From Hyphomicrobiales bacterium (lineage in GTDB: Bacteria > Pseudomonadota > Alphaproteobacteria > Rhizobiales > Xanthobacteraceae), in NCBI GenBank assembly GCA_038206805.1, contig JBBRAL010000017.1:2102-66101 (forward strand): a stretch of DNA of 64,000 nucleotides, read 5' to 3'. The notes under the pieces were generated by a model, which did not search any database, had not been told where the DNA came from, and was given only the letters and a program-made list of their open reading frames with translations. The position numbers and the translations under genes were made by a program. Position 1 is the first letter of the stretch, and every line of letters begins with the position of its first letter. Of the stretch, positions 53,438 through 64,000 are shown one piece after another.

Positions 53438-55876
53438 TCAGTGCGCCGTCAGCCCGGATCCGTCTTCCTCGACTACCGGTTCGGCAGCAGCCGCGGTAGC
53501 CGCCAGTTTGGCGCTCTCCTCCGGCCATTCGATCGCCACCGGCGGCCGCACAAGCGCCCGCGCCAGCACTTCGTCCATGCGGGAGACTGGAATGATCTCC
53601 AGGCCCTTTTTGATCGTGTCGGAGATTTCCACCAAGTCCTTGGCGTTCTCCTCCGGGATCAGCACGGTCTTCATGCCGCCGCGCGAAGCGGCCAAGAGCT
53701 TCTCCTTCAAGCCGCCAATCGGTAGCACACGGCCGCGCAGCGTGATCTCGCCGGTCATCGCGACGTCACGTCGCACCGGGATGCCCGTCATCACCGACAC
53801 GATGGCGGTGACCATCGCAACGCCGGCCGAGGGTCCATCCTTGGGCGTGGCGCCTTCCGGCACGTGCACATGGATGTCGCGCTTGTCGAACAATGGCGGC
53901 TCGATGCCGAAGGCGACCGCGCGCGAGCGGACATAAGACGCCGCCGCCGAGATCGACTCCTTCATCACGTCACGCAAGTTTCCGGTGACGGTCATCTTGC
54001 CCTTGCCGGGCATCATCACGCCTTCGATGGTGAGCAATTCGCCGCCCACATCGGTCCAGGCCAGCCCGGTGACCATGCCGACCAGGTCCTCCGCCTCGAT
54101 CTCGCCATAGCGGTATTTCGGCACGCCGAGATAGTCGCCCAGATTGGCCACCGTGACGGCAATGGTCTTCTTCTTCGACGTCATCAGCTCCTTCACCGCC
54201 TTGCGGATCAGTGTCGAGAGCTCGCGCTCGATATTGCGCACGCCGGCCTCCCGCGTATAGCGGCGGATCATGAACAGCAGCGCCTCGTCGTCGACCGACC
54301 ATTCCTTCAATTCGAGGCCGTGCTTGGCGACCGCGTGCGGGATCAGATGCTTGCGCGCGATCTCGACCTTCTCATCCTCGGTGTAACCGGCGATGCGGAT
54401 GATCTCCATGCGGTCCATCAGCGGCGGCGGGATATTGAGCGTATTGGCCGTGGTGATGAACATCACGTTGGAGAGGTCATAGTCGACCTCCAGATAGTGG
54501 TCGGCAAAGGTGTGGTTCTGCTCGGGGTCCAAGACCTCAAGCAGCGCCGATGACGGATCGCCGCGGAAATCGGCGCCCATCTTGTCGACCTCGTCCAACA
54601 GGAACAGCGGGTTCGAGGTCTTGGCCTTGCGCATCGACTGGATGATCTTGCCGGGCATCGAACCGATGTAAGTGCGCCGGTGACCGCGGATTTCGGCCTC
54701 GTCGCGCACGCCGCCAAGCGACACGCGCACGAATTCGCGCCCCGTCGCCTTGGCAATCGACTTGCCGAGCGAGGTTTTGCCCACGCCGGGAGGACCGACC
54801 AGGCACAGGATCGGCCCGGTCAGCTTGTTGGCGCGCTGCTGCACGGCGAGATACTCGACGATGCGTTCCTTGACCTTCTCCAGGCCATAGTGATCGTCGT
54901 TGAGTATCTTCTCGGCAGCGATCAGATCCTTCTTGACCTTGCTCTTCTTGCTCCACGGAATCGACAACAGCCAGTCGAGATAGTTGCGCACGACGGTTGC
55001 TTCCGCCGACATCGGCGACATCTGGCGCAGCTTCTTGAGCTCGTGCGTGGCCTTCTCGCGGGCTTCCTTGGAAAGCTTGGTCTTCTTGATCTTTTCTTCC
55101 AGTTCCTGCAGCTCGTCGCGGCCTTCCTCGTCGCCGAGCTCCTTCTGGATCGCCTTCATCTGCTCGTTGAGATAGTACTCGCGCTGGGTCTTCTCCATCT
55201 GCCGCTTGACGCGGGTACGGATGCGCTTTTCCACCTGCAGCACGGAAATCTCGCTCTCCATCAGGCCGAGCACCTTCTCCAGGCGCTGGGTGACGACCGG
55301 CGTCTCCAGGATTTCCTGCTTGTCGGGAATCTTGACCGCGAGATGCGAGGCCACGGTATCGGCGAGCTTGGCGTAATCCTCGATCTGCTGGATCACGCCG
55401 ACCACTTCCGGCGACACCTTCTTGTTAAGCTTCACATAATTTTCGAATTCGGTGACCACCGAACGCGCCATCGCCTCGGCTTCCACGCTGTCGCCCATAT
55501 CGTCGACAAGCGCGGTCGCATCGGCCTCGTAATAGTCGCTGCGGTCAGTGTATTTGAGAACCTTGGCGCGCGTGGCGCCCTCGACCAGCACCTTGACGGT
55601 GCCGTCCGGCAGCTTGAGCAATTGCAATACGCTGGCGAGCGTGCCGACCTCGAAGATCGAGTCGGTCGCCGGATCGTCGTCGGACGCATTCTTCTGCGTC
55701 GCCAAAAGAATAAAGGTGTCGGAGCGCATCACCTCTTCCAGCGCCTTTATCGACTTTTCGCGGCCGACAAAGAGCGGAACGATCATGTGCGGGAACACCA
55801 CGATGTCGCGCAGCGGCAGTACTGGATAGGCCCGGTTTTCGCCAGGTTGCAGATGGGGTCGAGGCTTATTGGTCAT
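53438..55876 (-). CDS. lon: Lon protease
   Basis: [19 protein letters not shown] and PKDGPSAG motifs. Confidence 0.97.
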   Translation of the reverse strand: MTNKPRPHLQPGENRAYPVLPLRDIVVFPHMIVPLFVGREKSIKALEEVMRSDTFILLATQKNASDDDPATDSIFEVGTLASVLQLLKLPDGTVKVLVEGATRAKVLKYTDRSDYYEADATALVDDMGDSVEAEAMARSVVTEFENYVKLNKKVSPEVVGVIQQIEDYAKLADTVASHLAVKIPDKQEILETPVVTQRLEKVLGLMESEISVLQVEKRIRTRVKRQMEKTQREYYLNEQMKAIQKELGDEEGRDELQELEEKIKKTKLSKEAREKATHELKKLRQMSPMSAEATVVRNYLDWLLSIPWSKKSKVKKDLIAAEKILNDDHYGLEKVKERIVEYLAVQQRANKLTGPILCLVGPPGVGKTSLGKSIAKATGREFVRVSLGGVRDEAEIRGHRRTYIGSMPGKIIQSMRKAKTSNPLFLLDEVDKMGADFRGDPSSALLEVLDPEQNHTFADHYLEVDYDLSNVMFITTANTLNIPPPLMDRMEIIRIAGYTEDEKVEIARKHLIPHAVAKHGLELKEWSVDDEALLFMIRRYTREAGVRNIERELSTLIRKAVKELMTSKKKTIAVTVANLGDYLGVPKYRYGEIEAEDLVGMVTGLAWTDVGGELLTIEGVMMPGKGKMTVTGNLRDVMKESISAAASYVRSRAVAFGIEPPLFDKRDIHVHVPEGATPKDGPSAGVAMVTAIVSVMTGIPVRRDVAMTGEITLRGRVLPIGGLKEKLLAASRGGMKTVLIPEENAKDLVEISDTIKKGLEIIPVSRMDEVLARALVRPPVAIEWPEESAKLAATAAAAEPVVEEDGSGLTAH

Positions 55877-56250
55877 TGGCCTGGTCCTTTTTGTTGTGCC
55901 CCTGTTCTTGCGACCCGCTCAAGCGGCATCATTAAGAACAGTGCCGATAAGGATGGGAAAGGAGGCGCCGGAGGCCCTGCGGCAGGCCTGACGCACCATT
56001 GAAAGGGCTTAGAACCCCTCACCCAGTCGGAAACTACGATCTTTCGTACGTTAGTTTGCTTCGAACGCTATACGTATGATGACGCGGCAGGCTCTGCAAG
56101 TAATGCCCGTTATTCCAGTTAAAACCGGTGCACGCAGGTTTACTGATACCGCGAATCGCGCGAATCGGCGGGCTTTTCCCCGTAGCTGGGCGCTCGTCGT
56201 AGCAGATGATCCGTTCAGAGTGAATCAGTACCGCCACTACTATTCTACTA

Positions 56251-56321
56251 GCGCGGGGTCTTTTCCGAAAACCGATTCCTTCCCCGATCAAGTCAAGGAC
56301 AGGCTTTTCGGGATCACGCGC
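56251..56321. repeat. Intergenic palindromic repeat, copy 4, with internal insert
   Basis: GCGCGGGGTCTTTTCCGAAAACCG[..CCCCGATCAAGTCAAGG..]TTTTCGGGATCACGCGC. Confidence 0.75.
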
Positions 56322-56332
56322 AGTGGAACTCG

Positions 56333-57610
56333 TCAGGCGCTGGCGCTACCTTGCTCGGCCGTCCGGTCGCTGCGGTCGGCATAGATGTAGAGCGGCCGGG
56401 CCGTGCCCTCGACGACCTCCTTGGAGATCACAACCTCTTCGACCCCTTCCAGGCTGGGCAGATCGAACATGGTGTCGAGCAGAATGGTCTCCATGATGGA
56501 ACGCAGGCCGCGCGCGCCGGTCTTGCGTTCGATCGCCCTGCGGGCGATAGCGCCGAGCGCCTCTTCGGCCAGCGTCAGGTCGATCGACTCCATCTCGAAC
56601 AGCCGCTGGTACTGCTTGACCAGCGCATTCTTCGGCTGCGTGAGGATGAGCTTGAGCGACGGTTCGTCCAGGTCTTCGAGCGTCGCCACCACCGGCAGCC
56701 GCCCGACGAATTCAGGAATCAGGCCATATTTGAGCAGATCCTCTGGCTCGACCTCGCGGAAGATTTCGCCCTGCTTGCGGTCTTCCGGCGCCAGCACCTT
56801 GGCGGAAAAGCCGATCGAGGTCGACCGGCCGCGCGCAGAAATGATCTTCTCGAGGCCGGAGAATGCGCCGCCGCACACGAACAGGATATTGGTGGTATCG
56901 ACCTGCAAGAATTCCTGTTGCGGATGTTTGCGGCCGCCTTGCGGCGGCACCGACGCGATCGTGCCTTCCATGATCTTCAAGAGCGCCTGCTGCACGCCCT
57001 CGCCCGATACGTCGCGGGTAATCGACGGGTTGTCGGACTTGCGGGAAATCTTGTCGATCTCGTCGATGTAGACGATACCGCGCTGCGCGCGCTCGACATT
57101 ATAATCGGCCGACTGCAGCAGCTTGAGGATGATGTTTTCCACGTCCTCGCCGACATAGCCGGCTTCGGTCAGCGTTGTGGCGTCCGCCATCGTGAACGGC
57201 ACGTCGAGGATGCGCGCCAGCGTCTGCGCCAGCAGCGTCTTGCCCGAGCCGGTCGGCCCGATCAGCAGGATGTTCGATTTCGCCAGTTCGACGTCGTTAT
57301 GCTTGGCCTGATGATTGAGCCGCTTGTAGTGGTTATGAACGGCGACCGCGAGCACCTTCTTGGCGTGGTCCTGGCCGATGACGTAGTCGTCGAGGACCTT
57401 GCGGATTTCCTTTGGCGTCGGAATGCCGTCGCGCGACTTCACCAGCGAGGATTTGTTTTCCTCGCGGATGATATCCATGCACAGTTCGACGCACTCATCG
57501 CAGATGAACACCGTCGGCCCGGCGATGAGCTTGCGCACTTCGTGCTGGCTCTTGCCGCAGAACGAGCAGTACAGGGTGTTCTTGGAATCGCTGCCGCCGA
57601 CTTTGCTCAT
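56333..57610 (-). CDS. clpX: ATP-dependent Clp protease ATP-binding subunit
   Basis: CSFCGK..ICDEC zinc finger, [14 protein letters not shown] and IGF loop. Start trimmed to MSKVGG. Confidence 0.97.
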   Translation of the reverse strand: MSKVGGSDSKNTLYCSFCGKSQHEVRKLIAGPTVFICDECVELCMDIIREENKSSLVKSRDGIPTPKEIRKVLDDYVIGQDHAKKVLAVAVHNHYKRLNHQAKHNDVELAKSNILLIGPTGSGKTLLAQTLARILDVPFTMADATTLTEAGYVGEDVENIILKLLQSADYNVERAQRGIVYIDEIDKISRKSDNPSITRDVSGEGVQQALLKIMEGTIASVPPQGGRKHPQQEFLQVDTTNILFVCGGAFSGLEKIISARGRSTSIGFSAKVLAPEDRKQGEIFREVEPEDLLKYGLIPEFVGRLPVVATLEDLDEPSLKLILTQPKNALVKQYQRLFEMESIDLTLAEEALGAIARRAIERKTGARGLRSIMETILLDTMFDLPSLEGVEEVVISKEVVEGTARPLYIYADRSDRTAEQGSASA

Positions 57611-57910
57611 TCCATTCTCCGTCACTCTCTTTCGTACGGTCCGCGTTCGGCTAAGCCAGTAAGCGCCGCCGCGACGTAACATACGAAGCAAGTTTCGCGC
57701 CGGAACGCCAGCACGGCGGCCTTACCGGGCGGCCCGCAAACCCAACCGCTCCCCTACCACCTTAAGCCAAGCATGCTAACGGCGTGATAATCAAGATTCT
57801 ATTAACGATAATGCCGCACTCACGCCTACCAAAGCGGGCCCCGTGACGCACACCCCGCAACCTCGTCTGACTGGATGGAACCGGCCGGGGTAGCCGTCAG
57901 GCGGTCAATC

Positions 57911-58543
57911 TCAGCTGGGCTTGGGAAGCATTTCCTCTGGCCGACGATCAATCACTTTGTCGACCAGACCGAAATCCCTGGCCATCTCCGCGGTGAGGAA
58001 ATAGTCACGCTCCAGCGCGTCTTCAATCTTCTTCAGCGACTGACCGGTATGCTTGACGTAGATTTCGTTGAGCCGCTTCTTCAGGTTCAAAATCTCCTGC
58101 GCATGCAGCATGATATCGGTGGCCTGCCCCTGGAACCCGCCGGACGGCTGGTGCACCATGATGCGGGCGTTGGGCAACGCGAAGCGCATATCCTTGGCGC
58201 CGGCGGCCAGCAGCAGCGAGCCCATCGAGGCGGCCTGCCCGACACAAAGCGTGGACACCGGCGGGCGGACGAATTGCATGGTGTCGTAAATCGCCATACC
58301 GGAGGTCACCACCCCGCCCGGCGAGTTTATGTACATGGAAAGCTCTTTTTTCGGGTTTTCCGCTTCCAGGAACAGCAGTTGCGCCACCACCAGCGTCGCC
58401 GTGTGGTCGTCGATCGGGCCGGTGATGAAGATTATGCGCTCCTTCAGCAACCGCGAGAAAATGTCGTAGGCCCGTTCGCCGCGGTTGGTCTGTTCGACCA
58501 CCATGGGAACGAGTTGCATATAGGTATCGACCGGATCTCTCAT
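57911..58543 (-). CDS. clpP: ATP-dependent Clp protease proteolytic subunit
   Basis: [25 protein letters not shown] and HQPSGG motifs. Start trimmed to MRDPVD. Confidence 0.97.
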   Translation of the reverse strand: MRDPVDTYMQLVPMVVEQTNRGERAYDIFSRLLKERIIFITGPIDDHTATLVVAQLLFLEAENPKKELSMYINSPGGVVTSGMAIYDTMQFVRPPVSTLCVGQAASMGSLLLAAGAKDMRFALPNARIMVHQPSGGFQGQATDIMLHAQEILNLKKRLNEIYVKHTGQSLKKIEDALERDYFLTAEMARDFGLVDKVIDRRPEEMLPKPS

Positions 58544-58645
58544 TTCGGCTCCTTGACGCGAATCACCTGAGGCTAGATTAGCCCCAAGCCCGCGTCCCGA
58601 TGATCTATTTCCGCGATTGTCCTGGCGCAAGGCTGCGCCGGACGG

Positions 58646-59998
58646 TCAGACTACCGAATCGTCTTCCTTGTAAAGCTCTTCGCGCGAAACCTTGTTTTCG
58701 GTCACGCTGGCAAGTTCGAGCAGGAAGTCGATCACCTTTTCCTCAAAGATCGGCGCCCGCAAGGCGGCGACCGCCTGTGGATTTTGCCGGTAGTAATCCC
58801 ACACCCGCTGCTCCTGGCCGGTGAACTGGCGCGCGTTTTCCATGATGGCGCGGCTCAGTTCCTCCTCGGTCACGGCGATGTTGTTCTTCTCGCCGATCTC
58901 GGCAAGCACCAGACCCAGTCGCACCCGCCGCTCGGCAATGGCGCGGTATTCGGCCTTGGCCTTCTCCTCGGTGGTATTCTCGTCGGCGAAGGTCTTGCCC
59001 TCTTTTTCCATCTCCGAAAGCACTGCCTTCCACACACGCTCGTACTCGTCCTCCACCATGGTCGGCGGCGGTTCGAACTTGTGGAGATTGTCGAGTTCAT
59101 CCAGCAACGTTCGCTTGAGCTTCTGCCGCGAGGTCGCCAGGTGGTCGCGTGAAATGCGCTCCTTGACCGCCTCGTGCAGCTTGGCGATCGATTCAAGACC
59201 GAGCGATTTCGCGAACTCGTCGTCGATCTTGACCGTGCCGGGCGCCTCGATCGCCTTGGCGGTTACGACAAATTCGGCGTTCTTGCCGGCGAGCGCTGCG
59301 TTTGTGTAATGCGCCGGGAATGTCACCTTCAGGGTGCGGGTTTCACCGGCGGCGATGCCGATAAGCTGATCCTCGAAGCCCGGAATGAAGCTATTCGAAC
59401 CGAGCAGCACTGGGGCATCGTCACCCTTGCCGCCTTCGAACGGCACGCCATCGATGGTACCGGCATAGGATATGGTGACGCGATCGTCCTTGGCGGCCTT
59501 CTCGCCTTCGGGGCGCGGCGTGTAGGGCTTGTTCTGCTCGGCGATGCGGGCAATGCCCTCGTCGACCTCGGCGTCGGTGACCTCGCTCGAAAGCCTGGTA
59601 AGCTTGATGCCCTTGAAATTGGCGAGTTCGATCACCGGCACGATCTCGACGGCCATCGAGTAGTCGAGGTCGCTCTCGCCGGCGATCAATTTCTCGATCG
59701 CGGCTTGCTCGGTCGGCAGCGTCACCTTCGGTTCGGTGGCGAGCTTGTAGCCGCGCTCGCTAACGATCTGCATATTGGTATCGCGAACGGTCGCCTCGAT
59801 GACCTCCGCCATGGTCGAGCGGCCATAGACACGCCTTAGATGGGCGACCGGCACCTTGCCGGGGCGGAAGCCGTTGATGCGGACGCGGTCTTTCAACTCG
59901 TCCAGGCGCACGGTGACTTTGGCGTCGAGTTCGGCGGCCGGAACGACCACCTTGAATTCGCGCTTGAGACCTTCGGACAGCGTTTCGGTAACTTGCAT
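58646..59998 (-). CDS. tig: Trigger factor
   Basis: GFRPGKVP and FIPGFEDQL motifs. Confidence 0.96.
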   Translation of the reverse strand: MQVTETLSEGLKREFKVVVPAAELDAKVTVRLDELKDRVRINGFRPGKVPVAHLRRVYGRSTMAEVIEATVRDTNMQIVSERGYKLATEPKVTLPTEQAAIEKLIAGESDLDYSMAVEIVPVIELANFKGIKLTRLSSEVTDAEVDEGIARIAEQNKPYTPRPEGEKAAKDDRVTISYAGTIDGVPFEGGKGDDAPVLLGSNSFIPGFEDQLIGIAAGETRTLKVTFPAHYTNAALAGKNAEFVVTAKAIEAPGTVKIDDEFAKSLGLESIAKLHEAVKERISRDHLATSRQKLKRTLLDELDNLHKFEPPPTMVEDEYERVWKAVLSEMEKEGKTFADENTTEEKAKAEYRAIAERRVRLGLVLAEIGEKNNIAVTEEELSRAIMENARQFTGQEQRVWDYYRQNPQAVAALRAPIFEEKVIDFLLELASVTENKVSREELYKEDDSVV

Positions 59999-60111
59999 TG
60001 ATCACACTTCGCTATGGTTGCACTCGCGGTGCGCCGGCTTCACAGCGGCCTGGCGCGCCGGACGTTAAGGAATATATGGGCCCTCGCCCGCGATTTCAGA
60101 TGCCCCCGGCG

Positions 60112-60196
60112 TGGTGCGGGCGGAGGGACTCGAACCCCCACGACATTCGTCACGGGAACCTAAATCCCGCGCGTCTACCAATTCCGCCACGCCCGC
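60112..60196 (-). tRNA. tRNA-Leu(TAG)
   Basis: 85 nt with long variable arm: GCGGGCGTGGCGGAATTGGTAGACGC...TT-TAG-GT...GGTTCGAGTCC...CCA. Confidence 0.97.
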
Positions 60197-60482
60197 AGAG
60201 GGCAAGTTACAGGACGATCCTGGAGCCGCATTCCAACAAGACTTGCTCATAAGACTTGCCGGCTCATAAGAATTGCCGGCAAGCCTTAGCGCAATACGGC
60301 TTAACGCGCCGATACCCGCCAAGGCAAGCATGCGGCGAAGCTTGCGAGCGGCGGGCTTATATCACGGTAAAATCCAGCCGTACCATAAAAATAGGCTGCC
60401 CTTGACCTGGCGCAATAGGCCCCCTGCAATATCCGGGCAGCCTCGAAATAGGGGCGCATCTAGAGGCTAATAGAGCACAGCC

Positions 60483-61967
60483 ATGACAGCTATTCCCCCC
60501 GCCGTTTTCATGCCCGGCCGTGTTCCGATCAGCCGCCGGCGCCTGCTGGCCGGTGCCGGCGCAAGCCTGACTGCCATTGCCCTGCCGGCGCGGTCGCTTG
60601 CCGAGGACAAAGCTACCGACGACTATCGGACCTTGCGTGCCCGGCCGGGCGAGGCGCGGCTGCGCGGCGGCCATGAGAAGCCGACAGCAATTTGGGGCTA
60701 TGACGGCACCGTGCCCGGCCCGACGCTGCGGGTGAAGCAAGGCGAAGAGCTGAAAATTCGTCTGATCAACGAATTGCGCCAGCCAACGGTCGTACATTGG
60801 CACGGGCTACGGATTCCCAATGCCATGGACGGCGTGCCGCATTTGACGCAAATGCCGATCGAGCCGGGCCAAAGCTTCGATTACCATTTCGTTCCGCCCG
60901 ATGCCGGCACTTTCTGGTACCACTCGCATTTCCTGTCTTCGGAACAGTTGGCGCGCGGGCTCTACGGCGTGCTGGTGGTCGATGAGCGCGAGCCGGTCAC
61001 CGTAGATCGCGATTTGACGCTCGTGGTGGACGATTGGCGGTTAACGGACGACGGCGCCATTCAGCCGAGTTTCGGCAATTTCCACGACGCCATGATGGCT
61101 GGGCGGCTCGGCCAATACCTCACGCTCAACAGTGCCGACACCCTCGAAGTGCCGGTGACCGCCAACGAGCGGCTGCGGCTGCGCATCGTCAATTCCGCCA
61201 ATGCGCGGATATTCCAGCTTCGTATCGCGCGGCATGTAGCGCGGATAATGACGGTGGACGGGCAGCCCTGCCCGCCCGAGATTATTCCCAATGGCGTATT
61301 GCGGCTTGGCCCCGGCACTCGCATCGACCTGTTTTTCGATGCCACGCTGGCGCCCGGCTCGCATGGGCCGATTCTGGTTGACGATCTGCGCGGCGGCGAG
61401 ATTGAGATCGGCCGCATCGTCTATAGCGCCGGCGCGCCGCTGCGCGCCCAGCCGCTGCCCGAGCCTATTCAGCTCGCCGACAATCCGCTGCCGAAGCATC
61501 TGGATCTTGCTAAGGCATTGAAGGTCGACGTGCCGCTCGATGGCGGCGGCATGGCGATGATGATGGGCGGCCGCGGGATGGGTGGTATGGGAGGCGGCAT
61601 GGGAGGAGCCGGCTTCCGCGGCTACGGCATTCCGCAGCAGGAGCGCATCTGGGCGCTGGCGAGCGTTGCCTCGACCGGCCATGACGGCCCGCCCATGTTT
61701 ACGGTCGAGCGCGGCCGCACCGTGGTGCTCAATTTTGCCAACCGCACTGCCTTCCCGCATGCCATGCATGTGCACGGCCATCATTTCCGCCAGCTTGAGC
61801 GTGGCGGCGAAGGCCACCTTCCCTACTGGCTCGATACCGTGATCGTCGATCCGGAACGAGCCGAGCGCATCGCTTTCGTCGCGGACAATCCAGGCAAGTG
61901 GATGATCCACTGCCACATGATCGAGCACATGGCGGCCGGCATGGCGGCCTGGTTTCAGGTGAGTTAA
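60483..61967 (+). CDS. Tat-exported multicopper oxidase with Met/Gly-rich loop
   Basis: SRRRLL signal, HWHG, WYHSH, HAMHVHGH and HCHMIEHM...M motifs. Confidence 0.93.
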   Translation: MTAIPPAVFMPGRVPISRRRLLAGAGASLTAIALPARSLAEDKATDDYRTLRARPGEARLRGGHEKPTAIWGYDGTVPGPTLRVKQGEELKIRLINELRQPTVVHWHGLRIPNAMDGVPHLTQMPIEPGQSFDYHFVPPDAGTFWYHSHFLSSEQLARGLYGVLVVDEREPVTVDRDLTLVVDDWRLTDDGAIQPSFGNFHDAMMAGRLGQYLTLNSADTLEVPVTANERLRLRIVNSANARIFQLRIARHVARIMTVDGQPCPPEIIPNGVLRLGPGTRIDLFFDATLAPGSHGPILVDDLRGGEIEIGRIVYSAGAPLRAQPLPEPIQLADNPLPKHLDLAKALKVDVPLDGGGMAMMMGGRGMGGMGGGMGGAGFRGYGIPQQERIWALASVASTGHDGPPMFTVERGRTVVLNFANRTAFPHAMHVHGHHFRQLERGGEGHLPYWLDTVIVDPERAERIAFVADNPGKWMIHCHMIEHMAAGMAAWFQVS

Positions 61968-63475
61968 CCGATCGGCACGGTTCGGCCCAGTTCAGCGAAC
62001 AGCCGCCGATAGACCGCCGGCAGCGCCTCGCTGAGGTCCTCGGCAATCAAGCCCGGGCCGAATTCGCTGGCCGCCTCGCCATGCAGCCAGACGGCGGCAC
62101 TGGCGGCTTCGAAGGCCGGCATGCCCTGCGCCAGCAGACCGCCGATCATGCCGGACAGCACATCGCCAGCTCCGGCTGTGGCCAGATAGGGCGGCGCATT
62201 GTCGGCAATCGATGCCCGGCCATCGGGGGCAGCCACCACGGTGTCGGCACCCTTGAGCAACACGACGGCCCCGCTTAATCTGGCAGCTGCGCGAGTTTTC
62301 TCAAGTTTTGCTTTAACATTAATATCATCGTCTATCGATTTAAATAATCTAGTGAATTCGCCTTCGTGCGGGGTTAGGACGAGATTTTGCCCCGTCCGTT
62401 TGGCTGTTTCCGCCATCAGTTCCGCCGGGTTTTCCGCAAAACTGGTCAGCGCATCGGCATCGAGCACAATGGCAGCGGTGCTGGCGAGCGCCGCGCGCAT
62501 CTTGTCCCGCATGGCCTGGCCGACGCCGCCGCCGGGACCCAATACCACTGCATTGCACCGGCGGTCGGAGAGAAATTCGGCCAATTCTGCCGCCCCTTCC
62601 ACCGGCCGCACCATAACCGCCAGGCTTGACGCAGCATTGACGCTCAGCGCCTCGCGCGGACTGGCGATAGTGACCAGCCCAGCCCCTGCCCGCAGCGCTC
62701 CGCGCGCTACCAGGCGGGCCGCCCCGGTGGCCGCCAGTCCGCCGGACACCACCACGGCGTGGCCGCGCGAATATTTGTGGCCAAGCGCCGCCGGCAGCGG
62801 AAATGTGCCACCCCAAAGTTCCGGCCGGTTGGCGACGGTGGCGGGCTTGATCCGTTCCAGCACGCTTGCCGGGATGCCGATATCGGCCACGCTGACGGAA
62901 CCGCAATGCAGCCGGCCCGGCAGCAGCAAATGCCCGCATTTACGCCGAAAGAAGGTCACGGTATGGGTCGCCTCGACCGCGCTCCCCATGACGGCGCCGG
63001 TTGTGCCGTTGACGCCGCTAGGCAGATCGACCGCCAGCATTGGAACGCCGCATGCGTTCATCGCCCCGATCATGGCGAGCGGCAGCCCTTCGACGTCGCG
63101 GTCGAGACCGGCGCCGAACAACGCGTCGATGACGAGGTCGCATGCGCCGAGCGAGCCCGGCACGGCCGGTTCGACCGGCCCGCTCCAGCGTTTAGCCGCG
63201 AGCGCGGCATCGCCGGCCAGCCGGCCCCACTCGCCGACAAAACTGACACGCACCGAAAACCCGCGCTCCGCCAGATGGCGCGCCGCCACAAAGCCGTCGC
63301 CGCCATTGTTGCCGGGCCCGGCCACGACCAGCACGCGCCGGCGCTTGAGCACCCGCGCAGCGATGTCGGCGACCGCGCGACCGGCATTTTCCATCAGTTC
63401 GATGCCGGCAATGCCGGAGGCAATCGCCAGCCGGTCGGCCTGCGCCATCTCGGCAGTGGTGAGCAATTCGATCAT
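61964..63475 (-). CDS. nnr: Bifunctional NAD(P)H-hydrate epimerase/dehydratase
   Basis: LMENAG, GPGNNGGDG, DLPSG, HKYSRG, LTPHEGEF and TAGAGDVL motifs. Confidence 0.94.
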   Translation of the reverse strand: MIELLTTAEMAQADRLAIASGIAGIELMENAGRAVADIAARVLKRRRVLVVAGPGNNGGDGFVAARHLAERGFSVRVSFVGEWGRLAGDAALAAKRWSGPVEPAVPGSLGACDLVIDALFGAGLDRDVEGLPLAMIGAMNACGVPMLAVDLPSGVNGTTGAVMGSAVEATHTVTFFRRKCGHLLLPGRLHCGSVSVADIGIPASVLERIKPATVANRPELWGGTFPLPAALGHKYSRGHAVVVSGGLAATGAARLVARGALRAGAGLVTIASPREALSVNAASSLAVMVRPVEGAAELAEFLSDRRCNAVVLGPGGGVGQAMRDKMRAALASTAAIVLDADALTSFAENPAELMAETAKRTGQNLVLTPHEGEFTRLFKSIDDDINVKAKLEKTRAAARLSGAVVLLKGADTVVAAPDGRASIADNAPPYLATAGAGDVLSGMIGGLLAQGMPAFEAASAAVWLHGEAASEFGPGLIAEDLSEALPAVYRRLFAELGRTVPIG

Positions 63476-63577
63476 CGCGAGTGAGACTATCGGTCGGCCC
63501 GTGCGACGACAAACCCGGCTAATCGGTTGCGGCGCAGCAGGTCTTAGGTGGCTCTTGGGCCGCTGGTCAAAGTTTAA

Positions 63578-64000
<423 letters not shown>

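Noticed and set aside
57776-57806. CtrA-like sites upstream of clpX (CTAA-N7-ATAA, TCAA-N7-TTAAC)
   Set aside because: Only partial matches to TTAA-N7-TTAA; not supportable without comparative data.
60238-60283. CRISPR array
   Set aside because: Units are adjacent, imperfect and lack spacers; no cas genes. No CRISPR array seen anywhere in the window.
60402-60435. CueR-type promoter for the multicopper oxidase (TTGACC with a 19-bp spacer)
   Set aside because: The dyad does not match ACCTTCC-N7-GGAAGGT and the -10 is weak.
62311-62338. Possible dif site (minus-strand TAATGTTAAAG resembles the XerD arm)
   Set aside because: No XerC-like arm at the 6-bp spacing, and the site lies inside a coding sequence.

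Overview
High-GC alphaproteobacterial chromosome segment (Hyphomicrobiales; gene order and protein style resemble Xanthobacteraceae/Nitrobacteraceae, an inference). Most of it is conserved core on the minus strand: lpxB-lpxI-lpxA-fabZ-lpxD-bamA-rseP-dxr-cdsA-uppS-frr-pyrH-tsf-rpsB, dnaE, lolD-lolC/E, proS, mce-rnj-birA, the full nuoA-N operon, tRNA-Asp/Val/Leu, lon-clpX-clpP-tig, nnr and a partial glnB. Four accessory inserts interrupt the core. (1) At 18.3-19.7 kb, between dnaE and lolD, a lower-GC cassette encodes a BstA-like anti-phage protein split by a frameshift in a T8 tract, followed by a DCL/DUF3223 gene. It lies divergent from an unannotated 36-aa membrane peptide with two perfect alphaproteobacterial LexA boxes. 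(2) At 23.3-26.5 kb, a copper module: DUF2946 leader ending in RGPP, an outer-membrane barrel, CopC with an in-frame amber stop, and CopD. (3) At 45-48.6 kb, an islet next to tRNA-Asp. (4) At 49.5-53.1 kb, three secreted proteins next to tRNA-Val. Several palindromic intergenic repeat families are present. The best candidate for an undescribed system is the BstA-like + DCL cassette. All family calls come from motif recognition by eye; no database search was run.
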